64,000 nucleotides of DNA from a virus. The notes under the pieces are model-generated. The model made no database searches. It had not been told where the DNA came from and saw nothing but the letters and a program-made list of their open reading frames with translations. The DNA is taken from IMG/VR virus record IMGVR_UViG_3300033512_000504. One strand, given 5' to 3'. How positions within the stretch are numbered: the first letter of the stretch is position 1; each line of letters starts with the position of its first letter. Below are positions 1-10,255 of the stretch, one piece after another. The translations under genes and the position numbers were made by a program.

Positions 1-1085
1 TCAACCTTTTGAACTGTTTCTGGAATATTCACTGCATCTTCTTCGTCCAAATCTTCTTCGGCTACATTTTCCTTTTGTGATTTTGAGCCAATTGAATCCC
101 AAACAGGTGCAGTAGGTTTATTCTTGATGGTTTCCAAATGCGCCTTCTGAGATACATCAGGCTCATCAATCCATTTTGCTCTTTCTTCTGGCTTGGAGTA
201 CATTCCCCATGTTCTTTCATTCTGTACATCGCCTAATCCAGCTGTTGCGTTTCGTATTGCCTCTTCGTAAGGCATATAATCAAAAACTTTCAATTCACTT
301 TCGGGATTGCAATTAAAAACATTTACACCTTCTGCTTCCAAGTACGGTTTTAATGCCGGTAAATATTCACTTTTAAGTTTGTCGTATGTACTCATATTAC
401 AATTGACAGCCCCTTTTGCTCTTTGTTCGTCAAAATGGTATGTATATGTTGAACTCATCTTGAAGTCAGCTCCCAACAAATATATATTTCTAAATCCTAA
501 CAAAAAGCAAATTCTTAATACGGGAAGAAATACTGATCTGCCGCCGCCATTTTCTCCGCTATTTCCCCAATTGATTGTATCTTCAAATAAGAATCTATCT
601 GCCATAAATTTCTCATTTCTATGGTAGTAAATAACATTGGGGCATTGTCCAACTAGATAATCCATGTCCTGCCATTTTTCATTGTCAAAGATAACCTTTT
701 CGGCATGAGCATGTGGGACGAACTTGGTTATACATGGATCAAGCCAAATGGATTTCAAAAATCTTCTAGGATCATCTACACAAGTCCAGAAATTTGGTCT
801 GATTGTTCTTGCTCCATTATTCATACCATACGTCATAACGCCGGGTCTTTTAAGTAATGACAAATCGAAATTGCCGCTTGCTAAACTAGGACCATTGCAA
901 ATGATAAATATAGAGCTGCCACGATAATTTCCTATTAGATTCAAATTGGAGCCTTCTCTTGTAAAAAAGAAAGGTACTGGTTGATAAAACTCGCTAGATA
1001 CACTTATTCCCAAATGCCTATCTCTGCCATACCTGAACTGCTTCCAATCATTTACGTCCTTTTTCAAACTGCGGCGTCTTGTCAT
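1..1085 (-). CDS. Maf/DUF115-like (sialyltransferase-like) protein, runs off the window edge
   Basis: Not in the ORF track. Manual translation from ATG 1085 is open to base 1 (MTRRRSLKK...), with motifs IICNGPSL, YGMNN, TCVDD and LGFRNIYLLGADF; SD AAGGAGG upstream. Confidence 0.65.
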   Translation of the reverse strand, partial: MTRRRSLKKDVNDWKQFRYGRDRHLGISVSSEFYQPVPFFFTREGSNLNLIGNYRGSSIFIICNGPSLASGNFDLSLLKRPGVMTYGMNNGARTIRPNFWTCVDDPRRFLKSIWLDPCITKFVPHAHAEKVIFDNEKWQDMDYLVGQCPNVIYYHRNEKFMADRFLFEDTINWGNSGENGGGRSVFLPVLRICFLLGFRNIYLLGADFKMSSTYTYHFDEQRAKGAVNCNMSTYDKLKSEYLPALKPYLEAEGVNVFNCNPESELKVFDYMPYEEAIRNATAGLGDVQNERTWGMYSKPEERAKWIDEPDVSQKAHLETIKNKPTAPVWDSIGSKSQKENVAEEDLDEEDAVNIPETVQKV

Positions 1086-1151
1086 CTTCTCCTCCTTTGT
1101 AGTTTCTTAAATTATTTTTACCAAATAATCGCAACTTTCATATTATACAGT

Positions 1152-1877
1152 TTAGTGCTGCATTCCGATCACAATTTCACGTGAATGATTCAAATGATAT
1201 TGGGCAGGCAATTCCATACCTATTCTACCTCCTAAGACACATCTAAAAGCTCTATCCGCCTTATATGTTCTTAGTCCATCATATTTTTTAATTGGATATT
1301 CTATATTTCGTTCTCTGATTAAACAGACATTGGCTAATTGAAAATAACCTGCCGCTATATCCTTACCACCGACCCTGTAAACCGGCCATGTTTTAACAAT
1401 ATTCTCAATATCCTCAATAACTTTTGGGTATTCATTAGTGTCAGAATTAAAAAAATCAATACAAAATGGTATTTGTAAAGAAATCCTATCTGCCCCTATA
1501 CATTTAGGTTCATCTTTGAATTTTTCGGTCTCAACTTGCTTTGATAACTCTTGAAAAAAATAATTACTATAAACGATATCTGAATCAGCAAAAATAATCC
1601 AATCGGAATCAGTTTCGTTAAGTTGTTTTTTCCTAGCTATAGAACGATTCTTACTATCGTCTGAATCAATAACTGTACTTATTATATTAAGCCCTCTTTC
1701 TTTAAAAAAAGCAATTAACTGTTCTGTCGTCGGATTACCATTATCAGCTATATGTGAAATGTTAATCTTTATTTCAGGAACGTTACCTTGCTGCTGAAGA
1801 ATCGAACTTAACATCCAATCTAATCGCCGCTGATAATTGAAGCAATGAATACATATTTCGAGTTTCAATTTTACCAC
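1152..1877 (-). CDS. GT-A fold glycosyltransferase (GT2-like)
   Basis: DxD-like WIIFADSDIV; N-terminal strand ICIHCFN. Confidence 0.65.
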   Translation of the reverse strand: MVKLKLEICIHCFNYQRRLDWMLSSILQQQGNVPEIKINISHIADNGNPTTEQLIAFFKERGLNIISTVIDSDDSKNRSIARKKQLNETDSDWIIFADSDIVYSNYFFQELSKQVETEKFKDEPKCIGADRISLQIPFCIDFFNSDTNEYPKVIEDIENIVKTWPVYRVGGKDIAAGYFQLANVCLIRERNIEYPIKKYDGLRTYKADRAFRCVLGGRIGMELPAQYHLNHSREIVIGMQH

Positions 1878-1881
1878 CTAA

Positions 1882-2529
1882 TTATATTGTTTTAACAAAC
1901 CACCACGATAATATTCTTCCACCAACGACATTTAATTTAAAGCCGTACTGTTGACAAAAGTTCCTCATTACAGTTTCTACTCTGTATGGCAACTGTTTTC
2001 CGAAATAATCTTTGATTCCAGAATCCGGACCGTCTTTAAAATCATGACCAGAGACTATGCCGCCTATTTTTACCTTATGTATCCATGCATAAATATCATT
2101 GTATATACCTTCCAAACTATGATCTCCATCGATATAAATAAAATCTAATGAACTATCTGGTATTTTATGTGAAGCGTCAACACTCATTGCCTTTATAAAT
2201 TGAGGTTTTGCTCCGAATTCAGCCAAGAGATTCATCGCCGCCTTCATCCTGTTATCTCCGATAGGATCATATTCCTCAGGTACATGTCCAGAGCCAAAGT
2301 CGTCCATCCAACAGTCGATGCAATAAAGCGTATCCAGATTCGTCTTTGATAATAGATGATACGAGAATCCACCTTTATCAACTCCTATCTCTGCTGCTGT
2401 TTTAAGTCCCATTTTTTCAATAAGCATTGGGAAAAACTTATCTCTATGATGATTGGTATGCTTATCTGACAAAATTTCACTAGCGATATTATCAACTGAA
2501 TCTACCATCTCTTGATTTCTGTATTCCAT
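1882..2529 (-). CDS. class I SAM-dependent methyltransferase (Methyltransf_24-like)
   Basis: AEIGVDKG, CIDCW, DFIYIDGDHS, VSGHD motifs. Confidence 0.85.
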   Translation of the reverse strand: MEYRNQEMVDSVDNIASEILSDKHTNHHRDKFFPMLIEKMGLKTAAEIGVDKGGFSYHLLSKTNLDTLYCIDCWMDDFGSGHVPEEYDPIGDNRMKAAMNLLAEFGAKPQFIKAMSVDASHKIPDSSLDFIYIDGDHSLEGIYNDIYAWIHKVKIGGIVSGHDFKDGPDSGIKDYFGKQLPYRVETVMRNFCQQYGFKLNVVGGRILSWWFVKTI

Positions 2530-2546
2530 TTTGAATTCCTTATAGT

Positions 2547-2978
2547 TTAATTCTTTTCAGGCAAATCGTATTCAAAAACAGGCAACCCTTTATCTTTAGC
2601 CATTTTTGTTTCTTTAATTGATTGTTTACCTCCACCAACTCTAACAAGGCAGTCAATATAATCGATAAAATATTCAGATTCATCTCCGAACTTCTCACCA
2701 CGTATTATCTCTTTATCAACATCGTAACAATCATATTTCTTTGCTTCTTGGGCAGACAAACCAACCGTTATCCATTCATTAGCGTCAGCCATTTCGTAAG
2801 CGATCTTTGGAATCCCGCAACTAGTTAAACCTGATACCAATTCATATTGTGAAGATTTAAATTGCTTTTCAACTATATCCAATGCAATAGCCATCAAAGC
2901 CTTTGCTATTGTTTGATCAAATTTCTTGTCGTCCGAATATCCTACCACGCCGATCTTTGTTATGTTTTTTTCACTCAT
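2547..2978 (-). CDS. SLOG/LOG-like Rossmann-fold protein
   Basis: IGVVGYS, LVSG..GIP, LVRVGGGKQS..E pattern. Confidence 0.55.
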   Translation of the reverse strand: MSEKNITKIGVVGYSDDKKFDQTIAKALMAIALDIVEKQFKSSQYELVSGLTSCGIPKIAYEMADANEWITVGLSAQEAKKYDCYDVDKEIIRGEKFGDESEYFIDYIDCLVRVGGGKQSIKETKMAKDKGLPVFEYDLPEKN

Positions 2979-3025
2979 ATTTCCTTTAATTATACAACAG
3001 TTATTCCCATAATATTCCTAACGAT

Positions 3026-3796
3026 TCATAAATCTTCATTGCTGCCGCCCCATCCATCAGGGTTAGCGATATAACTCTTAACACTGTTTAATATGTTTTT
3101 ATTTTTCGATTGATCTTTCAAATCGCCTGCCAAATTTGGTTTTCCGTGCGGCTGGTGGAACAACATTATAGAATTCGTTTCTTCGCCAAGCCATTTTATC
3201 TTTGCCCCACTAATTCCCATGCGGTTTAACAAGTCGCAATCTTCAGAACCCCAACCCAAATACCGTTCATCAAACCCTCGAACTTTATTCCATAATTTAC
3301 GATGAGCGCATTGACAACCACCCGCTGTCGTTCTCTTTTTTATCCTTCCTATTTTACAACTATTTAAGTCAATAAATGGATTTAATTTGCCATTATAAAT
3401 TTGATCCGCCAATGGTTGTTTCCAATACATCGTTCTTGATTCAATAAAATGATTTTCAGAACATTTGCTCAATAATGTTTCTACAAATTCAGTTGCAAAA
3501 AACATATCAACATCTGTTGTCATTATGTAATCAGAAGATGAGTTTTTTATTGCGACATTATTTAGTCTGGATCGTTCAAATTTTTCACCAATTGGAAATC
3601 GAACAATTTTAATTGGGAAATTATTATAGTTTTTCGCAAAATCTTCAAGATCCTGTATATTGTCGCTACCACCATCTGCAATAACTAACTCGAAGTCTTT
3701 ACATGTTTGGTTTTCCAAGGATTTAATAAACCATTTCGTTGAATTCGACAATGGATTAAATCTATTTCTATTGGATGTTGCAATCGATAATTTCAT
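3026..3796 (-). CDS. GT2/GT7C galactosyltransferase-like glycosyltransferase
   Basis: VIADGGS, TTDVD, GFDERYLGWGSED. Confidence 0.85.
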   Translation of the reverse strand: MKLSIATSNRNRFNPLSNSTKWFIKSLENQTCKDFELVIADGGSDNIQDLEDFAKNYNNFPIKIVRFPIGEKFERSRLNNVAIKNSSSDYIMTTDVDMFFATEFVETLLSKCSENHFIESRTMYWKQPLADQIYNGKLNPFIDLNSCKIGRIKKRTTAGGCQCAHRKLWNKVRGFDERYLGWGSEDCDLLNRMGISGAKIKWLGEETNSIMLFHQPHGKPNLAGDLKDQSKNKNILNSVKSYIANPDGWGGSNEDL

Positions 3797-3815
3797 AGAA
3801 AATATTATACAATGT

Positions 3816-4349
3816 TTATTTTATAATAGACCAACTTCTTGCTTTTTTATCAATTACAGTCAGTTCATATCCGTATTTATCGCAAAATTCATTTACTGCT
3901 TTTTCAACGCCGCATTTTTTAAGACTTTTATAATCGTGTCCAGATAATACCCCACCTTTTCTTACTTTTGGAAACCATACTAGTAAATCGGACACAATCG
4001 CCTTATAACTATGGTCAGCGTCAATATAACAAAAATCTATACTTTCATCTTCAAATTTCTTGGAAATCTCTACGCTATCTCCAATTTTGAATATAGCTCT
4101 TCCATTATCAATATATGTTTTCAATTTTAAATGAGCTTCGTCCATACGATCTTTGCCATCAGCAATACCAAATAAATTATCTGGATATGAATCAACACAA
4201 TATAATACATCTAACTTTGAATTAGATAATAGGACATTGGCAAAATAGCCTTTGTCCGTTCCAACCTCAACGCCTATTTTTAATTTCAAATTGTTTATCT
4301 GATTAGTAAAAAATGCTTCTCTTTTCTGATGTGTTTCAATAGCTTTCAT
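3816..4349 (-). CDS. class I SAM-dependent methyltransferase (Methyltransf_24-like)
   Basis: VEVGTDKG, YIDADHSY, LSGHDY; paralog of 1882..2529. Confidence 0.85.
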   Translation of the reverse strand: MKAIETHQKREAFFTNQINNLKLKIGVEVGTDKGYFANVLLSNSKLDVLYCVDSYPDNLFGIADGKDRMDEAHLKLKTYIDNGRAIFKIGDSVEISKKFEDESIDFCYIDADHSYKAIVSDLLVWFPKVRKGGVLSGHDYKSLKKCGVEKAVNEFCDKYGYELTVIDKKARSWSIIK

Positions 4350-4365
4350 TGCTTTATAGTCTCCC

Positions 4366-5151
4366 TTATATTGCTAGTTTTAATCCCTCCGTGCATTTAT
4401 GGAATATTTTAGTCTTAAACAGTCTGTGGTTTTCTCTGTACATTTGATACATATATGTACTAACGTCCGTATTATGATGACAAGACTGAAATAGACCATA
4501 CGTACTAAATCTCATAAATTCCTCTGGTAGTGAATCCTGATAAATATTATATTTTGGTTCAAAAGCATGAGCGAAAGAAACTTGGTCATGTGGCATTTTT
4601 AATGAAAGTACATAATTTATAAAATCAATATCTTGAATAAAATAAACCCCTAGTTGCGGCTGCTTCTGGCTACCTCTAGTACACACTGAATGATCCTTTA
4701 AATGCATTGGATCACCTCGAAGATTTAACGTTTCCCATTCAACTCGAATTGGTTGCTTGCATAAAAACTCGATTTCTTGATCTGATAATTTCTCGCTGAC
4801 ACAACAATCGTTAAAATCCATCCATAAGATAGGCTCTTTTAAATCATTCAATGCGTTTGATACAATTTGAGTTTTAGGATAGAATAAACCGTTATTCTTA
4901 TCTAAATTACTAGCACATATAAAATCAATATTGCTATTTTGTAATTCGGATATTAACTCTTGATGATCCTTGGAATTTATTAAGTCGGAATCTACATACA
5001 AAATAAAATCATCTCCCAATTTACTTTTGTTATGCCGAAATATGTCTAGTTTGGTGTGATATTGCTTAGAAGACTCAACGGCATTTTTATAATACTTTGC
5101 AGTCAGCCCTTTTTTGTTAGGCGGTAAATAAATTGCGGTTATATATTTCAT
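4366..5151 (-). CDS. putative nucleotide-sugar transferase-like protein
   Basis: YVDSD and LWMD motifs; lies inside the GT operon. Confidence 0.35.
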   Translation of the reverse strand: MKYITAIYLPPNKKGLTAKYYKNAVESSKQYHTKLDIFRHNKSKLGDDFILYVDSDLINSKDHQELISELQNSNIDFICASNLDKNNGLFYPKTQIVSNALNDLKEPILWMDFNDCCVSEKLSDQEIEFLCKQPIRVEWETLNLRGDPMHLKDHSVCTRGSQKQPQLGVYFIQDIDFINYVLSLKMPHDQVSFAHAFEPKYNIYQDSLPEEFMRFSTYGLFQSCHHNTDVSTYMYQMYRENHRLFKTKIFHKCTEGLKLAI

Positions 5152-5858
5152 CGTATTTTTTCGGTTTTAAAAATTTTGTTAGTAATAAAAAATGGATTTT
5201 GTTTCATAACCATTCCAACTCTGTCTATATTAACAACGTCAGGTTCATACAATTCCGCATATTTTTCAACTCCTATCCATCCACCATGCTTATTGTCTAA
5301 ATAATGTGCTATCAAAGATTCACTTGTCCAATCATTAGGGATTCCTGATAATTTATTTATAGCCATGACATTATTGATTTCATCTTCGCATCTAAAATAC
5401 AAAAAAGAATCATTTGGAAAGATTTTATTTTCTTTTCCATTGCGACTAGTTAACAGGTTAATGCGACTTTTTATTAATGGAGCCTGAATTGCTTCTTTTT
5501 TACCCAACGCATCCCAAAACCCCATATCAAATGGCTTAACCAATCTACAATTCCAATTTAAACAAACTATTTCATCAAAATGTTTAATAGCAACTTTACA
5601 TATATCTAAACGATTTAAATAACAATGTTTTGGAGACCTTAATGTACTATCTTTTGACACCATAATTACATTAGTTAATTTTTTGGTTTCAGTTAAGAAT
5701 CTGTAATTATCTTCCCCGCAAACATAAACCCAAAACGGAGTTGTATATTTATCATTCAAAACCAAATCAATAGTTTTTAAAATCAATGAACGGTTTGTTG
5801 CAAATCCATCTTGCAGGCTAAAGTCTCCCCATAAAGGACGTATTATTGCTCTTGACAT
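5148..5858 (-). CDS. GT-like paralog A (RxxWGD family)
   Basis: IIRPLWGD, FDEIVCLNWNC, GGWIG; shares motifs with the next two genes. Confidence 0.5.
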   Translation of the reverse strand: MSRAIIRPLWGDFSLQDGFATNRSLILKTIDLVLNDKYTTPFWVYVCGEDNYRFLTETKKLTNVIMVSKDSTLRSPKHCYLNRLDICKVAIKHFDEIVCLNWNCRLVKPFDMGFWDALGKKEAIQAPLIKSRINLLTSRNGKENKIFPNDSFLYFRCEDEINNVMAINKLSGIPNDWTSESLIAHYLDNKHGGWIGVEKYAELYEPDVVNIDRVGMVMKQNPFFITNKIFKTEKIR

Positions 5859-5868
5859 AATGATTGCA

Positions 5869-6633
5869 CTAGATTTCTTTTGCCCATTCAGGTAACTCTT
5901 TTTTAGCTATTTTATCAAGATAATGATTAACTTCGCTATTCTCGTGAAAATGATGAAAGCGAATATCTTTGTAAACATAATCCTTCTGTTCGTACACTAT
6001 ATTCCTGCTCATTGCATAGAAATCTGGTTCAAAATGATTCCAATAATAATCTAATCCTTTCCAACCACCAGAATATTCATCTATAAATCTAGCCGCCGCA
6101 ACTTCTTCGCTTTCTCTCTTTGATTTTTCCCACGCTTTCAATACGCCATTTACCATATCTTTATTTCTAAAATACATATAACAAGCACAAGGTATTTTTC
6201 GATTGTCGTTTCTTCTCCATGTAGCCTTTCGACGATGATAAATCATTAAAGACCCTTGGATTGCCTCTTTCTCATAACATCTTTCCCAAAAATCATCTGG
6301 CAATGGCTTTATTAACATACAATCTAAATCCAGAAAAACAAATTCGTCAAAATCTTCAGTTGCCGCCACATATGCATCTATTTTATGCTTAAAAATTGAT
6401 TCATTCTCTCCCCATACAAAAGGTCGTTTGTCAATCAGCTTGCAATTAAAACCCATATCTTGCATCAATTTGAAATTATTATCGCCAAAAATATAATAAG
6501 TCGGATTTAATTGATATTCGTACTTATTGTGCCTAATTAAACTTATATCATCGTCCATTTTTCCACGGCAATTGAATAATCTTCTTGGATCGCCATAATC
6601 ACCCCATAATGTCCTAATAAATCCTCTTTTCAT
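5869..6633 (-). CDS. GT-like paralog B (RxxWGD family)
   Basis: FIRTLWGD, FDEFVFLDLDC, YSGGWKG..YYWNHFEPDF. Confidence 0.5.
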   Translation of the reverse strand: MKRGFIRTLWGDYGDPRRLFNCRGKMDDDISLIRHNKYEYQLNPTYYIFGDNNFKLMQDMGFNCKLIDKRPFVWGENESIFKHKIDAYVAATEDFDEFVFLDLDCMLIKPLPDDFWERCYEKEAIQGSLMIYHRRKATWRRNDNRKIPCACYMYFRNKDMVNGVLKAWEKSKRESEEVAAARFIDEYSGGWKGLDYYWNHFEPDFYAMSRNIVYEQKDYVYKDIRFHHFHENSEVNHYLDKIAKKELPEWAKEI

Positions 6634-6643
6634 AGAATCTCCT

Positions 6644-7402
6644 TTATTGACCCCAATGCATAAAACAACATGGTTTCAGACTAAGTTTATCGTCAGAATA
6701 TACTGATTTCTTTTTCAAATTGCAAAAATCTGGTTCAAAATTATTCCAATAATGATCCTCTCCTTTCCATCCACCTGAATAATCATCTATCCATTTTGAA
6801 AAGGCTGGCTCATCATCAAACAACAAGGCTTTCTCTCTAAATCTTAATTCATCAAAAGTTACTTTTCTTGTTGCCATTATATTTTCAACAAATAAAGACA
6901 ATTCATTGTAATTTTTGATAAAATCATCAGCAATATTATTCTCTCGTAAATATAAGAATCCTCCGTTGCAAACCTTTCTCCAATCCACATTTCTCCATAA
7001 ACATTTTTTCGTCCTATATTGAAATAGATTCGCTTGAAAAGGAGCTTTGTTATTCAAAACAGTCCAAAAATTATTAGGCAATGGTTTTATCGGTACACAA
7101 TCCCAATCTAGAAAAACAATTTCATCAAAGTCGGACATCGCAGATTTCAATATATCTAATTTATGACGATATAAACGCTCTTTCATATCATACAATACAG
7201 GCTTGTCTGATATCAATTTACATATAAAGCCTTCGTCTACTAATAAATCGTAATTTTCTTTTCCAAATACATAAACTACGAAATCATTAATTGAACAATT
7301 CGGATTACATTTTATTGCATCAATATCTTTTCTTATCTTGCCGTCTCTAATTCCACTTAAATTAATATCGCCCCAAACTCCTCTAACTAGTGATTGAGAC
7401 AT
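6644..7402 (-). CDS. GT-like paralog C (RxxWGD family)
   Basis: LVRGVWGD, FDEIVFLDWDC, YSGGWKG..HYWNNFEPDF. Confidence 0.5.
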   Translation of the reverse strand: MSQSLVRGVWGDINLSGIRDGKIRKDIDAIKCNPNCSINDFVVYVFGKENYDLLVDEGFICKLISDKPVLYDMKERLYRHKLDILKSAMSDFDEIVFLDWDCVPIKPLPNNFWTVLNNKAPFQANLFQYRTKKCLWRNVDWRKVCNGGFLYLRENNIADDFIKNYNELSLFVENIMATRKVTFDELRFREKALLFDDEPAFSKWIDDYSGGWKGEDHYWNNFEPDFCNLKKKSVYSDDKLSLKPCCFMHWGQ

Positions 7403-7403
7403 A

Positions 7404-9116
7404 TTATTTGACCTCTCTGATTACAATATCATTTTCTTCATTACTATCGTTTTCATCAAAATAATCGTTTTCAGCGTCTGATGAAAGTATTTCCTTGGAA
7501 CGATTATTCATATCCTCAACTTCCTGCAAACGCTTTCTAATCTCGTCTACTCCGCTTCTTCCATTACCTTGCGAAAAACCATAATTCTTTTTAAAGTTCA
7601 TATAGCCTACCGTTTCTGGATCAAAACGATTGGCTACATAAAAATAGAAAGTATCTTGAGTCGGAGCTGGTAACTTCCTCTCTCGTAACAGACGTAAACA
7701 GAATTTACTGAATCTAGTTCTGTGAAGTTGAATAAAAGATATTGTACGCTTTGTATTATGATAGAATCGTCTACCTTCAATCCTGCCTTCATTAATCATA
7801 GGACTTGCATTCTTTAATTTTCTTTTCCAGTGACCTTTTGCCCATTCATCTAGCTGTTTAATATGATCTGGACGGCTATAACCCCATTTATGACCACAAA
7901 ATGCATACTTTTTCATTTCGTCAGTTATAAACGGAGTATCATTTGTTGCATAACTATCGGCATCCAACTTAAGCCAATAATCTGTTTTAACATGTTCTGC
8001 GGTTCCAAATACAAAAGCAGATAACATTTCCTCTCTATGGTTATCAGCGTTCTCCATCGACCAAGGAATTATATTTACATTTGGCAACCTCAAAAAGTCC
8101 AATCTCGGATCTTTTTTCGGTATTCCATGAACAAAAACAATAACTGGATATTCATCTATTTTCTTATATTTTCTCCAATTCTCAAAGGTTGCCCTTAAAA
8201 TATCAACATAGTTCTCATCACAGGCAGTAACTATTGTTGTATCCTTGCCATTGAAATCACTAAGATCTTGATTAGTACTTAAATATTGTTTTAAACGTTT
8301 ATCCGAATATTGTAAAAAATAATTGATGTTTGCAATATTCTGGTCAACCATTTCCTTGAAAACCTTTTTCCATATAAGACACAGCGGAAAATCAAGACAA
8401 TGTTTTTGTCCATGAGCATGCAATATCCGTTTATCTTCGGTGTGAGCATCATGTTTTATACTGACATTAAATTTACTAGGAGCAATGTAATATTTCAACC
8501 CCCATTCATCCATAGAAGGATATAATATTTGACATGCAACCTCGTCGGGTATAAATATCCTGTCTAGAGATCCAGTATGAGCTAAGTTTGTCCAAGAATC
8601 TACAAAGTCAGACCATTTTTGAGATTTTCGAAACGACAATATTCCAGTATTTACAGCTGGGAAGTGTTCTAACGATTTTTGTATATGCCGTTCTTCCGCT
8701 ATCCCTCTAAACCTCTCGATTCTTTTTGATATAGTCCGACCATCGCTCCACCAACCACAAAAATGAGGTATACACAAATCGACGTTTTCACTGTCTAAAT
8801 AATCAAACATTTCATCTATACTTCCCATAATCACAGTATCGCTATCGATCCATAATGTTTTGTCATATGGAGGATTTTGGAACAATGAATTTTTCCTAAC
8901 TAAGGTTTTGTATTCATGTTTTGAATCAAGTTTTACAACCGTGCATTTAAAATACTCTAATGCTTCTATCAATTCATCCATGCAAGGACACGGCTCTTCG
9001 ACATAAAAAGTTACAGCCCCTTGATAGTGCTGACGAAGTGTATATAAACAAACCAGAATACGGACGAGCATTTTGTCGCCACGATTAAACATTATAACGC
9101 CTTTTGTTTCTTCCAT
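7404..9116 (-). CDS. two-domain GT-A glycosyltransferase (GT8-like)
   Basis: Two DxD motifs (WIDSD, LKLDAD), NTGILSF. Confidence 0.6.
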   Translation of the reverse strand: MEETKGVIMFNRGDKMLVRILVCLYTLRQHYQGAVTFYVEEPCPCMDELIEALEYFKCTVVKLDSKHEYKTLVRKNSLFQNPPYDKTLWIDSDTVIMGSIDEMFDYLDSENVDLCIPHFCGWWSDGRTISKRIERFRGIAEERHIQKSLEHFPAVNTGILSFRKSQKWSDFVDSWTNLAHTGSLDRIFIPDEVACQILYPSMDEWGLKYYIAPSKFNVSIKHDAHTEDKRILHAHGQKHCLDFPLCLIWKKVFKEMVDQNIANINYFLQYSDKRLKQYLSTNQDLSDFNGKDTTIVTACDENYVDILRATFENWRKYKKIDEYPVIVFVHGIPKKDPRLDFLRLPNVNIIPWSMENADNHREEMLSAFVFGTAEHVKTDYWLKLDADSYATNDTPFITDEMKKYAFCGHKWGYSRPDHIKQLDEWAKGHWKRKLKNASPMINEGRIEGRRFYHNTKRTISFIQLHRTRFSKFCLRLLRERKLPAPTQDTFYFYVANRFDPETVGYMNFKKNYGFSQGNGRSGVDEIRKRLQEVEDMNNRSKEILSSDAENDYFDENDSNEENDIVIREVK

Positions 9117-9177
9117 TATTACCTCGAGTTATTGTTAATACATAATTTCTAGTATTATACAATTTGCAACATAAAAA

Positions 9178-9426
9178 TTAAAGCATATTGCCAAAGCCAG
9201 TTATGCCTTGGTAAACGCCGGGACGATATGGATCAAATCTATAACGATCTCTTATTGTTTTTAATTCTGCTGGCGTCAAATCGGCAAGAGTTTTACCTTC
9301 TGGAATAAAATTATCAAATGACCGATAAAAAATATCCATATCCTTAGGTATTTCAGACGCTAACGAAACAGGTGCTGACCTAGGGTTTTCTACTCTAAAC
9401 TCGTCCATTGGATTATATAAGGGCAT
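9178..9426 (-). CDS. hypothetical protein
   Basis: 82 aa ORF in line with the operon. Confidence 0.5.
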   Translation of the reverse strand: MPLYNPMDEFRVENPRSAPVSLASEIPKDMDIFYRSFDNFIPEGKTLADLTPAELKTIRDRYRFDPYRPGVYQGITGFGNML

Positions 9427-9460
9427 ACCAATTGATTCTGAATTTAATAGCTATATACCT

Positions 9461-10255
9461 TTATGCCCTGAAATAGTTATGAATTTTAAATTCTTTTGGC
9501 GAAACAAGATGATCACATATTGAACGCTTACAATCTTTATTCCCGTATATTGCAGAAAATGAATCTCCCTGATCAACTCTATTAACCACAGACATGTATT
9601 GTGTCCTCAATTCGTCTCCATGCAATATAGAATATTGTTTAGCGTCAACAGGAAGAACAGGATTAATTTCCCTTAAACCCTTTAATTTAAGGCGATGAAA
9701 CAAATCATCATCATCTCCACCATAATGAGAAACAGACTCATCCCATCCATTAACCTCTAAAAAATCAGACTTGTATACTATAATGTTCCCATAATTTATC
9801 TCTGGACTAAGACGCCTAGGCAATGAAGCCATTGATTCTTGCTGACGGGTAACAAAAAAAGATTTGCTTGGCGTTATTTTATTTGACCAATAAGAAATAT
9901 AATCCATGCCAAGAAAAGTATCTACATCGGAAAATGCAAAAATATTGCCTTTGCTTTCGCAGTTTACAGCACAAAAGGCTCCTAGATTTTTAGCACACCG
10001 AGGGTTGAATTTGACATCATCCAACTTGCTAATGCATATGATATTCTTCAGGTATGGAGAAAACATGACATTACGACATTCTATCTCTTCCTTTAATTTT
10101 TCAAGGAAATTATCATTAGAACCAAAATCAACTAATATGATATCATAGCTTGCACCATATTGCGTTACAAGCGACGGAAATGTTTGTATAAAATGCTGAA
10201 CTCTGTTTTTTATTGTAACTATAAGATTAACATGGTTGTTATTTAACATATTCAT
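9461..10255 (-). CDS. GT2/GT7C glycosyltransferase
   Basis: LVDFGSND, FSDVD, GWDESVSHYGGDDDDL; start moved to ATG 10255. Confidence 0.8.
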   Translation of the reverse strand: MNMLNNNHVNLIVTIKNRVQHFIQTFPSLVTQYGASYDIILVDFGSNDNFLEKLKEEIECRNVMFSPYLKNIICISKLDDVKFNPRCAKNLGAFCAVNCESKGNIFAFSDVDTFLGMDYISYWSNKITPSKSFFVTRQQESMASLPRRLSPEINYGNIIVYKSDFLEVNGWDESVSHYGGDDDDLFHRLKLKGLREINPVLPVDAKQYSILHGDELRTQYMSVVNRVDQGDSFSAIYGNKDCKRSICDHLVSPKEFKIHNYFRA

